From Candidatus Kuenenia stuttgartensis (GTDB lineage Bacteria > Planctomycetota > Brocadiia > Brocadiales > Brocadiaceae): a stretch of DNA of 32,000 bases. The notes beneath the pieces are model-generated. The model saw only the letters and a program-made list of their open reading frames with translations, had not been told where the DNA came from and did no database searches. The position numbers and the translations under genes are program-made. This document shows positions 18,689 through 27,946 of the stretch, one piece after another (the first letter of the stretch is position 1; every line of letters begins with the position of its first letter). The DNA is taken from assembly GCF_900232105.1 (NCBI RefSeq), contig NZ_LT934425.1, positions 3,780,001 to 3,812,000 of the forward strand, written 5' to 3'.

Positions 18689-19026
18689 TGCAATATGCCC
18701 CTTGGTGGACAAGCTGGAACCAAACAAGCACTAAATAAAAAATACGAAATTCGAAGTACGAAATACGAAACAAATCCGAATGACAAAGCATAAAACATAC
18801 AACAATATGAAGCGCGAAATACGAAAGAGGAACCAGTAGAGTAGAAACAGACGACGAGAACTTAGGCAGAAGTTTGTTTTCTCTGTTTGCTGGCTGGTTT
18901 CCCGCCAGTGCCACCATATCTCCGCCATATACTTATCATCGTTCGACCGAGCTCACGACGAAGTCTGCCCCCTCTTCAAACCGTGCATGCGATTTTCCCG
19001 CACACGGCTTTCCGACAGTCTTCTTC

Positions 19027-19338
19027 TTATGCTTTCACAGGTTGTCTGGCAGGAACATATTTTGTCGGGTCTATTAGTCCATATCTATTTACTAATTCCT
19101 TAAACGCTCCCCGATTATAGAGCTTGCTCCTGCGCTGACTTTTCCTCTTATAATATCTCGGCAATCTCCTGTATCTGCATTCATGAAGGGTGAAATTGAC
19201 ATGGGTACTCTTGCACTTTGGACAAAAGCATGGCTTCTGTTTTGTCGCAATAAGCTTTTCATGTTCCAATGGGGAAGTTGGGGTGTATGATTGCAGCCCT
19301 TTGCTTAATTTCGGGGTATTTACTGAGTTGAAAAACAA
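19027..19338 (-). other. Small ORF in a probable retroelement/mobile-element remnant
   Basis: CFCPKCKSTHVNF...RRLPRYYKRKSQRRSKLYNRGAFKELVNRYGLIDPTKYVPARQPVKA. Downstream on the minus strand is GGAAAGCCGTGTGCGGGAAAATCGCATGCACGGTTTGAAGAGGG, resembling sequence often seen in group II intron loci; family assignment uncertain. Confidence 0.3.
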
Positions 19339-19662
19339 AATTTATTTTAAACAGGTAAGGGCGGCGAATGAAGTTGTAGTATGGCCGCATGAGCAGGACA
19401 TATGCCCAGACACTTTATACTTAGATTCTATAAAAATTAAAAAAATGCCAAACAAATCACTACAACGGACTGGCACAAAAAGCCGTACCAGTCGCTGAAC
19501 TTTTATGTTGGTAGTGGAAAGTTTTTCTAACATCCCACACATTAATTTTTTCTGAATCTTCAACAGAACTGGCAAATGATTTTTTTATTTAATCAGGGGT
19601 GATTTTGACTTATATTAGGGCAAATAGAGTGATTACTAAATTTATTATGGAAGGATTATCAT

Positions 19663-19869
19663 ATGAACCGGTTTGTTACAGATACCAGAATTATCAAAGG
19701 GCATTTGGAGTTAAGCAATATCCCTTTTAGTGGTGATTTGGATGTAAAAGTGATAGTTATTCCAAAGGTCAAGTTAGAAAGGATGTCTTTTGAGAAAGTT
19801 CAACAGCTTACAAAATCTATAAAAGGAAATCTTTCTGATGACGTAATTGGAGAGAGAAAAGTCAGATGA
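19663..19869 (+). CDS. Putative antitoxin of a PIN-domain toxin-antitoxin pair
   Basis: 68 aa ORF whose stop overlaps the PIN ORF start (ATGA). Confidence 0.6.
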   Translation: MNRFVTDTRIIKGHLELSNIPFSGDLDVKVIVIPKVKLERMSFEKVQQLTKSIKGNLSDDVIGERKVR

Positions 19870-20555
19870 ATCTGTTTATTGATGCCAGCGCTCTTGTGAA
19901 GCTATATCATAAAGAAGATGGGAGTGAACAATTAACCGATTTCCTTAAGCAAAATGAAGATGACCTGGTGATTACAATTTCTGAACTGTCGAGAATAGAA
20001 TTCCATTCTGCATTTCTGAAGCGAGTAAGAATGAAGGAAATTGATTTATCAACAGTTCAGCAAGCTTTTAAAGAGTTTGAAAATGATCTTACAATGATAA
20101 ACGTTCTGGAAACAACATCAGAGGTAAAGAAGTTTGCGATTTCCTTACTGGATAACATTGCTCCGGCCAAAAATTTCCGAACCTTAGATGCGCTCCAATT
20201 AGCAACTGCCCTTACTGGTAACCAATTTTATCGTGTCTCTTATTTTATAGCCGCTGATCAAAGACTATTAAAAGTAGCGGCGGAATATTTTAACACCTTC
20301 AATCCGGTTGAGTTTAAGGAAGCAGATAATACGGAAAGTCAGTTTACAGAACCGGCAAAGAAGTTTTGGGATTCTATTCCGGAAAATATAAGGGAGGAAT
20401 TGCTTGAGAATGTATGGTGCAGTAATTGTTCAGAGGTTACCACCGTCATAAATTTTAAAGGAACCATTGAAAGTGGTGATTTAATCCTTCGCGGCGAGTG
20501 TCGAAAGTGTAGTTATAAAGTTGCCAGATTAATAGAAGCGAATGAAAGTAAATGA
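19866..20555 (+). CDS. PIN-domain (VapC-like) protein with C-terminal zinc-ribbon-like tail
   Basis: MNLFIDASALVKLYHKEDGSE ... ISELSRIEFHSAFLKRVRM ... FRTLDALQLATAL ... FIAADQRLLKVA; tail VWCSNCSEVTTVINFKGTIESGDLILRGECRKCSYKVARLIEA. Confidence 0.88.
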   Translation: MNLFIDASALVKLYHKEDGSEQLTDFLKQNEDDLVITISELSRIEFHSAFLKRVRMKEIDLSTVQQAFKEFENDLTMINVLETTSEVKKFAISLLDNIAPAKNFRTLDALQLATALTGNQFYRVSYFIAADQRLLKVAAEYFNTFNPVEFKEADNTESQFTEPAKKFWDSIPENIREELLENVWCSNCSEVTTVINFKGTIESGDLILRGECRKCSYKVARLIEANESK

Positions 20556-20812
20556 GTTTGTTATAATAAAGTTCGTAGGTCAGGGTCAGGCATCACTGCT
20601 AACAGGCTGTTGGAATCGATGAAACCCGTTTTGGCAACAGATGAGAGTTCGGATCTTCCTCAGAAATTTTGTAGTTTTGTTTACAATGTGCCCGCTGTGG
20701 GTTTCACGGCTCAACAGCAGCGTTATAACGTGAATATATATTAATCCCAAGACCTTATAATTCATAATTACGTTATTTATAAAATAACACATTTCCTATA
20801 AATTAAAATGGT

Positions 20813-21109
20813 ATGCCGTACAATCCAAAAAATGTGTACAAGGTATTTAAAAAGAGCTTGGAATGTGCCGGAATAGATGATTTCAGATTTCATGACCTGA
20901 GACATTGTTTTGCGTCATGGAACAGGCAGGCAGGAGTTGGTATATACACCATTGCTGAACTAATGGGATACAAGAACACAACGATGACGATGCGTTATGC
21001 TCATATTACTCCGGTACATCTTACAAAGGCTATTGGGTTGTTGGAAAAAAGCTATCATGAATCCAGCACGAATTTAGCACTCTCTCTCAGGGATGTTGTT
21101 CATCAGTGA
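20813..21109 (+). pseudogene. Tyrosine recombinase (phage-type integrase) C-terminal fragment
   Basis: FRFHDLRHCFASWNRQAGVGIYTIAELMGYKNTTMTMRYAHITP carries the H-x-x-R and nucleophilic Y motifs; the N-terminal domain and first catalytic Arg region are absent. Confidence 0.75.
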
Positions 21110-21282
21110 GCATAGCTTATTATGTTGATGAGGGTTGTAAGCGTACATTAAAACTATGGTTCCAAATTTGTAACCAGAACCCCACGTTTTATACTTTCAA
21201 TCCAGCCTTCTATTGGCAAAACAACAGGCAAATAAATTCCAAATTCCAAACGGAAATTTTGTGATTTGCGCATTGTAATTTT

Positions 21283-21376
21283 ACCGCAGTACATGTCCCC
21301 ATTATCCGCATAAACTCATGGGTTCAGGCTTCGTTGTGAGCTCAGCCGAACCGGTTGCAAACCCGAACCCACCGGG
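21283..21376 (-). repeat. Dispersed repeat, inverted copy of 29596-29690
   Basis: ATTATCCGCATAAACTCATGGGTTCAGGCTTCGTTGTGAGCTCAGCCGAACCGGTTGCAAACCCGAACCC matches the reverse complement of 29596-29675 with a few differences. Confidence 0.75.
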
Positions 21377-21434
21377 GTAGTTATTTTGCCATTAATTAAC
21401 AGATACCATTCAAGTCATAAGTCATTGTGAATAT

Positions 21435-21508
21435 TGGCTGGGGAACAGGGATTCGAACCCCGACAAAGTGATCCAGAGTCACTTGTGCTACCGTTACACT
21501 ATTCCCCA
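21435..21508 (-). tRNA. tRNA-Gln (anticodon CTG), CCA end encoded
   Basis: TGGGGAATAGTGTAACGGTAGCACAAGTGACTCTGGATCACTTTGTCGGGGTTCGAATCCCTGTTCCCCAGCCA: paired acceptor stem, anticodon loop CTCTGGA, GTTCGAATC T-loop. Confidence 0.93.
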
Positions 21509-21782
21509 GTGCGTTGGATGGGTATTTTGAGGAAATGAAAAGACAGTGGCAGGAATACACTGTCTTTAGCTAAAACGTCTTAATCACTCATACGGCAAAT
21601 TACAAGTAGAGATATTACATAATCTTTAATGATGTGTCAAGCGCATTGATTCATAAAATGAAAACAGCCTTGTTGGATTTACGATTTTAAATCGTACCTC
21701 GTAAATCGTACTTCGTAACAGCCCAATTTCCGACAGGCAGTGCCTACCCTACATGTGAAATAAAAATGTCGCTGTAGTGTTA

Positions 21783-22511
21783 TCAGGGTTTTTTCCCCAC
21801 ATGGATAGTCACAATCCCCAATGTCCTGGCATAGATTTTCACGTCAACAAGGCCGCATGCTTCCATCTGTACCTTTAGTCCGTATCTGTCCGGAAAATTC
21901 AGCACAGACGATGGTAAATAAGCATAGGCGTTGCACGTGCTTTTTGAGATGATTTTACCAATAAAAGGGAGTATCTTTTTGAAATAAAGATAATACATTT
22001 CCCGGAAAAAGGTGTTTGTTGGTTGTGAAAATTCAAGGATGACTACCCGCCCGCCCGGAGCGGTTATCCTTGCCATTTCACTGATTCCCGCTTTTAAATC
22101 GGAAACGTTTCTTATCCCGAATGCCACGGAGGATACCTGGAAGTAGTTGTCATGGAAAGGAAGGTGGAGGGTGTCCGCACATAAGATATTTATTTTATCT
22201 GATACATGTTTCTTTTTTAATTTTCTGTTTGCTATCTCAAGCATTTCTCGGCAAAAATCGCTTCCTGTCACCTTGCCGCGGTCATTCAGTTTTAAAGAAT
22301 ATTCGATTGCAAGGTCGCCGGTTCCGGTGCATACATCCAAAATTTGTGCGTCCGGCGTAACGTTGCTGACTCTAACGGCAAACTTCCGCCAACTCTTGTC
22401 GAAATTAAAACTTAATATCGTATTCAAAAGATCATAAACACCGGCGATGGAGCCAAACATACGCTGGATGTGTTCGCTTTTTTTGGTAAGTAATTCAGAT
22501 TGAGAGACCAT
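21783..22511 (-). CDS. ubiE: UbiE/MenG-type quinone biosynthesis methyltransferase
   Basis: MFGSIAGVYDLLNTILSFNFDKSWRKFAV, ILDVCTGTGDLAIE, VAFGIRNVSDLKAGISEMARITAPGGRVVILEFSQP. Confidence 0.95.
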   Translation of the reverse strand: MVSQSELLTKKSEHIQRMFGSIAGVYDLLNTILSFNFDKSWRKFAVRVSNVTPDAQILDVCTGTGDLAIEYSLKLNDRGKVTGSDFCREMLEIANRKLKKKHVSDKINILCADTLHLPFHDNYFQVSSVAFGIRNVSDLKAGISEMARITAPGGRVVILEFSQPTNTFFREMYYLYFKKILPFIGKIISKSTCNAYAYLPSSVLNFPDRYGLKVQMEACGLVDVKIYARTLGIVTIHVGKKP

Positions 22512-22764
22512 AGATTATGATAATTTAAAGGAACCACAGATTTCACAGACTTCGTCGTGAGCTCAGTCGAACGATTACACAGATTAAAAACAGGTTGGCA
22601 CGGATAAACTTGTTTGTCCGTGTCCGGCTTGTAACTAAATGCTAACGAAATATAGCAAAATATAAGTCAAAATAAAACATTTAAATTATTTGGAAAGTTA
22701 TTGAAATATGGGTACAATCCCTATTATTTTTCATAGAACTAAAGTGCTACAGTTTTTTTGTAAT

Positions 22765-23733
22765 ATGAATCCGAGTTTTTACATACGAAATATTCCCGTA
22801 TATGGCGAGTTGATATTGGCGCCTATGGCCGGTTTTTCTGATATGCCGTACAGGCTTATATGCCGCAGGTTCGGCATGTCTATGAGCTATACGGAAGTCG
22901 TTTCCGTGTCTGGCATAGTGTGGAATAATAAAAAGACGTTTAAATTGCTTGATTTTAAAGAGGAAGAACGGCCTGTTACCTTCCAGGTGGTTGGCAATGA
23001 TGAATGCCAGATTACAGAGGCCTGTAAGAAAATAGAGCAATTGGGGCCTGATATTATTGATATCAATATGGGATGTTCGGTATCGGATATTGCCGGAAAG
23101 GGTGCTGGGGCTGGGATGCTTAAACATCCATCAAAGATCTCAAAAATGTTTAATAATCTTACCGGGTCTTTATCAGTACCTGTGACTGGAAAAATTCGTC
23201 TTGGGTGGGATCACAAAACACGAAATTATATTGAAGTGGCCAGAATACTGGAAGAAAACGGAGCGTCTCTCATTGCGGTACATGGCCGTACAAGGTCTCA
23301 GTATTTTTCAGGCGCCGCCGATTGGGATGCGATTGCTGAAGTAAAACAGTCGGTAAAAATTCCAGTAATTGCGAATGGAGACGTGCGGTCTGTTGCAGAC
23401 ATAGCAGAAATAAAAAAACGTACGGCATGTGACGGGGTAATGATTGGAAGGGCGGCAATCGGGCATCCATGGATTTTCCGATATAAAGACAGAGAAAATA
23501 TTTCGGGTAGCGAGAAAATTGAAATGATCCGGTATCACTTGGATTGTATGAAAGAATATTACGGCCATGCTATTGGGGTAGTACTTTTTCGAAAACATGC
23601 GGTGAAGTATATTGTGGGTCTGCCAAAAGCTACAGAATTACGCCCTTATATAGTAAGGAGTAAAAGCGCGGAAGATATCATTTCGTACATTGCCGCGCAT
23701 CTGAACAGGTATTCGAAGTATGAAGCCGCGTGA
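22765..23733 (+). CDS. dusB: tRNA-dihydrouridine synthase
   Basis: LILAPMAGFSDMPYRLICRRFG, DINMGCSV, GKIRLGWD, IAVHGRTRSQYFSGAADWDAIAEVK, NGDV, GVMIGRAAIGHPWIF. The track ORF starts at 22708; ATG at 22765 preferred. Confidence 0.93.
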   Translation: MNPSFYIRNIPVYGELILAPMAGFSDMPYRLICRRFGMSMSYTEVVSVSGIVWNNKKTFKLLDFKEEERPVTFQVVGNDECQITEACKKIEQLGPDIIDINMGCSVSDIAGKGAGAGMLKHPSKISKMFNNLTGSLSVPVTGKIRLGWDHKTRNYIEVARILEENGASLIAVHGRTRSQYFSGAADWDAIAEVKQSVKIPVIANGDVRSVADIAEIKKRTACDGVMIGRAAIGHPWIFRYKDRENISGSEKIEMIRYHLDCMKEYYGHAIGVVLFRKHAVKYIVGLPKATELRPYIVRSKSAEDIISYIAAHLNRYSKYEAA

Positions 23734-23986
23734 TTTAACGTTTAGTACCTTATCAGTAATTTCATTGCGCTTTTTGGCAAAATATTTAATAGTAAAATCA
23801 GAAATGCTAAATACGAATCCACCCCCTGCACCTCCGCCAGCGGGGGACATTCTCCCCATTTGGAGCTGGTAAGGGGGAGGACTCCAGAATTTATTTCGTA
23901 TTTCGTACTTCGAATTTCGTATTTTTTATCTCGCGCTTGTTCGGTTCTGGCTATGCCAACAAGGTTTTTAAAGAAGGTTATTGATA

Positions 23987-25000
23987 ATGAAAACAGGTGT
24001 TATACTCATTTCTCATGGTAGTAAAATAAGTAGTGGCAATGAAGGCTTGTTGAAAATAGCGGATATGCTTCGTGCAATGAATCGTTGGGACATGGTTGAA
24101 CCGGCATTTTTGCAACTGGCAAAACCTGGATTGGATGAGGTGGTTGAAAAAACAGTGGCAAACGGAATGGGGCGGATTGTAGTAGCTCCGCTGCTTCTTT
24201 TTAAGGGGAATCATGTATTTAAAGACATTCCCGAAATGCTGGAAAAGGAGAGAGCGAAATATCCGAAGATGGAATTTATCTATACCAATAATATCGGAGC
24301 GGATGAACGAATTGCATTAATTGCGGCAGACCGTATTCATGAAAAACTGGTAGAGAGACAATTCGGTGAAAAAGGCCGGTTGGAACAGCCGCAATTAATT
24401 ATCGATGAAAGTTTTGAGATCATCGATAAACTCGTTAATCTCGCGAATATACCTGAATTACAGAGACCTGTAATACAACGCGCAATTCATGCTACAGGCG
24501 ATACGGAATATGCGTACAATTTACTATTTTCTTCCAATGCGGTTGAAGCTGGAGTAAAAGCCATAAAGGATGGGAAAAACATCATTACCGATGTAAATAT
24601 GGTGAAAGCGGGGATCAGTAAAAAACCTGTTGAAAATTTTGGAGGAAAACTGGTCTGTAAGATTGACGATAACTTGGTTGCTGATGAGGCAAAACGATCG
24701 GGAAAAACCCGTGCGATGATTGCCATGCAGTTTTCACTTGATGAAATGCAGGGGGGTGTTGTGGTAATCGGCAACGCGCCAACCGCCTTGTTTGAACTTA
24801 TTGATTTAATAAAAAAGGACAAGGCGAAACCGGCGCTGGTAATTGGTATCCCTGTAGGATTTGTAGGCGCGGTTGAAGCAAAGGCGGCATTAAAACAGAT
24901 ATCCATACCTTATATTACCAATGATAACCGTAAAGGCGGGAGCGCAGTGGCGGTGGCTATCATTAACGCTGTCATTGAATTGGCGAAGAAGGCACGGTAA
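23987..25000 (+). CDS. Fused CbiX-like sirohydrochlorin cobaltochelatase and CbiC precorrin-8X methylmutase
   Basis: N-terminus TGVILISHGSKISSGNEGLLKIADML...VVAPLLLFKGNHVFKDIPEML (chelatase). C-terminus VIQRAIHATGDTEYAYNLLFS...IITDVNMVKAGI...GNAPTALFELIDLI...IGIPVGFVGAVEAKAAL (CbiC). Confidence 0.93.
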   Translation: MKTGVILISHGSKISSGNEGLLKIADMLRAMNRWDMVEPAFLQLAKPGLDEVVEKTVANGMGRIVVAPLLLFKGNHVFKDIPEMLEKERAKYPKMEFIYTNNIGADERIALIAADRIHEKLVERQFGEKGRLEQPQLIIDESFEIIDKLVNLANIPELQRPVIQRAIHATGDTEYAYNLLFSSNAVEAGVKAIKDGKNIITDVNMVKAGISKKPVENFGGKLVCKIDDNLVADEAKRSGKTRAMIAMQFSLDEMQGGVVVIGNAPTALFELIDLIKKDKAKPALVIGIPVGFVGAVEAKAALKQISIPYITNDNRKGGSAVAVAIINAVIELAKKAR

Positions 25001-25165
25001 ATCATATAGCCAAAAGTATCCATTTCCCGAAAAATTTAATATAGCATATTAACATTGATTCGGATTTCACCATTAGATATTTTACCAAAAAGCACGCACT
25101 GACGAATGGAAGTGTGCGAAGAAATTGCTGATAAGGTACTAATTATTCGTTTTCCGGGGTAGGAT

Positions 25166-26239
25166 ATGAAATCTGGTTATACTACGGGAAGTTGTGCTAC
25201 GGCGGCTGCTAAGGCAGCGGCTATAGGGCTGTGGAAGGGAAATATCCCTGATGAGATTGAGATTGACACGCCGGCGGGTACAAAACTCAAACTTAAAATT
25301 TATCATAAACAAGTATCTTCAATATCAGCGGAATGTGCTGTTCAAAAGGACGCGGGAGACGACCCTGACGTAACGAATGGCTGTTTTGTACATGCACGGG
25401 TAGAGCGAAGTTGTGCCCTAACAATAGAAATTGACGGCGGAGTTGGTGTTGGCCGTGTAACTAAGCCGGGATTACAGTCTCCTGTAGGGCAGGCGGCAAT
25501 AAATCCCGTGCCTGGACGCATGATTGAGGATGCAGTACGTGAAGTGATTGGACGCCATAGTGGGGCAAAGGTAATTATTTCTGTTCCTGATGGTGAAAGA
25601 CTCGCGGAAAAGACCTTTAATCCTAAACTAGGCATTGTAGGGGGTATTTCTATTCTCGGGACTACAGGCATTGTGCGTCCCATGTCAGACGAAGCACTAA
25701 AAACATCCCTTTTGTGTGGGCTTGATATTGCAAAAGGGTTAGGGTATAAAGAAGTTGTGTTAGTTCCGGGGAATCTGGGTGAACGTGCAGTGTCGGGTTA
25801 TTTCTGCATTGCAAATGATCAGATTGTTCAAATGAGTAATCATGTTGGTTTTATGCTGAATGCGGTAAAAGACAGAGGCTTTGAACGTGTAATGCTTGCC
25901 GGACACCCCGGCAAACTCGCCAAGTTGCTCAGAGATGATTTTAATACGCACAGCTCCGTTTCACGTCCGGCAAACGATATTTTAATTGACCATGTAAAAT
26001 CTGTATGCCGCACGCAGCAGATGCTTGATAAACTTAAAGAAGCTGCTACCGTAGAAGGGATCCTGGAATTATTGAGTCAAAATAACGCATTATATGTAAT
26101 GGATAGTGTTGCTGATAAAATTGAAGAGAAGGTGCGTGTATATTTGCATCGCAAGGTATCTGCGGGTGTAGTATTGTTTGATATGAGGGGTTCTGTGGTG
26201 GGAAGATCGGAGAGCGCGGAAAAATGGCGGAAGAACTGA
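25166..26239 (+). CDS. cbiD: Cobalt-precorrin-5B (C1)-methyltransferase
   Basis: KSGYTTGSCATAAAKAAAIGLWKG, GGVGVGRVTKPGLQSPVGQAAINPVPGRMI, GILGTTGIVRPMSDEALKTSL. Confidence 0.96.
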   Translation: MKSGYTTGSCATAAAKAAAIGLWKGNIPDEIEIDTPAGTKLKLKIYHKQVSSISAECAVQKDAGDDPDVTNGCFVHARVERSCALTIEIDGGVGVGRVTKPGLQSPVGQAAINPVPGRMIEDAVREVIGRHSGAKVIISVPDGERLAEKTFNPKLGIVGGISILGTTGIVRPMSDEALKTSLLCGLDIAKGLGYKEVVLVPGNLGERAVSGYFCIANDQIVQMSNHVGFMLNAVKDRGFERVMLAGHPGKLAKLLRDDFNTHSSVSRPANDILIDHVKSVCRTQQMLDKLKEAATVEGILELLSQNNALYVMDSVADKIEEKVRVYLHRKVSAGVVLFDMRGSVVGRSESAEKWRKN

Positions 26240-26874
26240 GAAATAGCGTTATTATAGTCGGTTGCGGACCAGGGCTAAAATCATATATTACCCCAAAGGC
26301 GTTATATAATATTAAAAAGGCGGATATTCTTGTTGGCAGCAGGCGGTTGCTAAAACTCTTTCCCGATACCGGTGCTAAAAGAATTATTATTGAAAAAAAC
26401 TATAAACTTTTGTTGAAAAAAATAGCGCATTGGAGTTTTACCAGGCAAGTGGTTGTCCTCGTAAGCGGCGACCCCTGTTTTTTTAGTTACACGAAAATGA
26501 TTGTAAAAAAATTCGGACGTGGTTCCTGTATTATTATTCCAGGGTTGAGCAGTATACAATTGGCGTTTGCCGCCATTGGCGAGAGCTGGGAAGATGCGGC
26601 ATTTGTGAGTGTACATGGAAGAAGTTCAGGATATAAAGAACTTATTAAAAAAGTGAAAGATTACGATAAGGTAGCAGTTTTAACGGATAAAGTGAATACG
26701 CCTGCAAGGATTGCGTGCAAGCTGATGGATGCGGGAATTCTGAAAAGGCGGATGTTTATTTGCGAGAATCTTTCCCTCTCCAATGAGACAATTCATGAAA
26801 AAACGATACAATCCGCAATGAATCTTAGCACAAATGGGGCTTCTGTAGTAATTATTAAAAAAACAGGTAGTTGA
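26224..26874 (+). CDS. cbiE: Precorrin-6Y / cobalt-precorrin-7 C5-methyltransferase, CbiE-type
   Basis: VIIVGCGPGLKSYITPKALYNIKKADILVGSRRLLKLF, VVVLVSGDPCFFSYTKMI, IIPGLSSIQLAFAAIGESWEDAAFVSVHGR. Overlaps cbiD; no CbiT domain. Confidence 0.92.
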   Translation: MAEELRNSVIIVGCGPGLKSYITPKALYNIKKADILVGSRRLLKLFPDTGAKRIIIEKNYKLLLKKIAHWSFTRQVVVLVSGDPCFFSYTKMIVKKFGRGSCIIIPGLSSIQLAFAAIGESWEDAAFVSVHGRSSGYKELIKKVKDYDKVAVLTDKVNTPARIACKLMDAGILKRRMFICENLSLSNETIHEKTIQSAMNLSTNGASVVIIKKTGS

Positions 26875-26965
26875 GCAAATATTCACAGATTATTATGGCA
26901 ATAAAATAGATACTCGAATTAGTGGATTTTAGTTATAGTTACTTATTTGAAGGGGGGGGTAAATT

Positions 26966-27124
26966 ATGAACACAGAATTTACCGCTGTTATAAAGCAAGA
27001 AGGCGATTGGTGGATTGGATGGGTAGGGGAAATACCAGGGATAAACTGCCAGGAACATACCCATGAAGAATTAATTGAAAGTCTTAGAGTTACCCTAAAA
27101 GAAGCTATAGAATTTAATTAAAGT
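26966..27124 (+). CDS. Small HicB-like (UPF0150-type) protein
   Basis: 52 aa MNTEFTAVIKQEGDWWIGWVGEIPGINCQEHTHEELIESLRVTLKEAIEFN; too short for the supplied ORF track. Confidence 0.75.
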
Positions 27125-27289
27125 AAAATAAAACCCTGACGAGCAAATATTTTTCTGGAGTAGAGATCGGCTTTGTTCTTTTGATCGGCTTACACGCGAA
27201 GAAGCGGATCGTATGAAACAGTTTTTTTATGAACTATACAACGAAAAAAATTAGATTGGATATTGGATTTTCTTAATCTTGGAGGAAAG

Positions 27290-27493
27290 ATGTTCAATAC
27301 TTTAGAAGGCATTGTGCATGAAGGAAAGATCAAGTTATTGGAGCCAACGGTTTTGTGTGAGGGAACACATGTATTAGTAACTGTACTCCAAAATGAAGAA
27401 ACACAATTCTGGACAGAAGTGAGTCAAAACTCTCTCGACAAGGTGTGGAATAACCCAGAGGATGATATTTATGCCGAATTACTCCAAAAATGA
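27290..27493 (+). CDS. Putative antitoxin partner of the PemK/MazF-like toxin
   Basis: MFNTLEGIVHEGKIKLLEPTVLCEGTHVLVTVLQ..., GGAGG upstream of ATG, overlaps the next ORF. Confidence 0.7.
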   Translation: MFNTLEGIVHEGKIKLLEPTVLCEGTHVLVTVLQNEETQFWTEVSQNSLDKVWNNPEDDIYAELLQK

Positions 27494-27803
27494 CGTTGTT
27501 TTAGTGCAATATCCATTTTCGGGTGTATCGGTGCAAAAAGTACGTCCTGCGGTTGTCGTCAATGCTCCCCATGTTTCACATGATTTACTGGTTGTTCCTC
27601 TAACCAGTAAGACGACTTCTCTTTTAAAAGGAGAATTTGTGCTCACCGATTGGACATTAGCAGGACTCAATGTTGTAACAGCAGTTAAACGTGGAATATA
27701 TACAGTGCATCAATCCTTAATCATCAAAAGACTTGGCAAACTGAGTCATGCAGATAGTCAGAAAATAGAGGTAGCCTTAAAAGAATGGCTCGGTATGTCA
27801 TGA
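27474..27803 (+). CDS. PemK/MazF-family toxin
   Basis: NDVVLVQYPFSGVSVQKVRPAVVVNAPHVSHDLLVVPLTSKTTSLLKGEFVLTDWTLAGLNVVTAVKRGIYTVHQSLIIKRLGKLS. Confidence 0.88.
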   Translation, partial: PNYSKNDVVLVQYPFSGVSVQKVRPAVVVNAPHVSHDLLVVPLTSKTTSLLKGEFVLTDWTLAGLNVVTAVKRGIYTVHQSLIIKRLGKLSHADSQKIEVALKEWLGMS

Positions 27804-27946
27804 ACAAGCCCAACCCAGCGCTGGAGCGTACTGTGAACCCCGTGTTTTTCCCCACCAGTTGAGTTAGTTTCAAGTGCATCATTTTTACGAACAGCTAGGT
27901 GGGGTTCACAGCCGCGCAGCTTGGTCGTTAGCCCGAGAAAATTATA

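Noticed and set aside
18738-18835. CGAAATTCGAAGTACGAAATACGAAAC repeats as a CRISPR array
   Set aside because: The units are short, degenerate and contiguous, with no regular unique spacers. No cas genes are in the window.
18541-18928. ORFs overlapping the HD-GYP 3' end and downstream repeats
   Set aside because: Their composition (SYFVLRISYFLF, FRISYFEFRIFYL) comes from translation of AT-rich repeats; no real protein evidence.
19027-19338. Calling a complete group II intron at 18.9-19.3 kb
   Set aside because: Only a short motif resembling intron-locus sequence and a small ORF remain; no reverse transcriptase ORF or domain V/VI was identifiable, so it was kept only as a low-confidence remnant.
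24487-24906. 139 aa minus-strand ORF inside cbiC, and 25342-25683 inside cbiD
   Set aside because: Shadow ORFs opposite conserved cobalamin genes.
25001-25165. Cobalamin riboswitch upstream of cbiD
   Set aside because: I could not identify a recognisable B12-box or the expected conserved cores by eye in this gap or before cbiX-cbiC. A covariance-model search (Rfam cobalamin) would be decisive.
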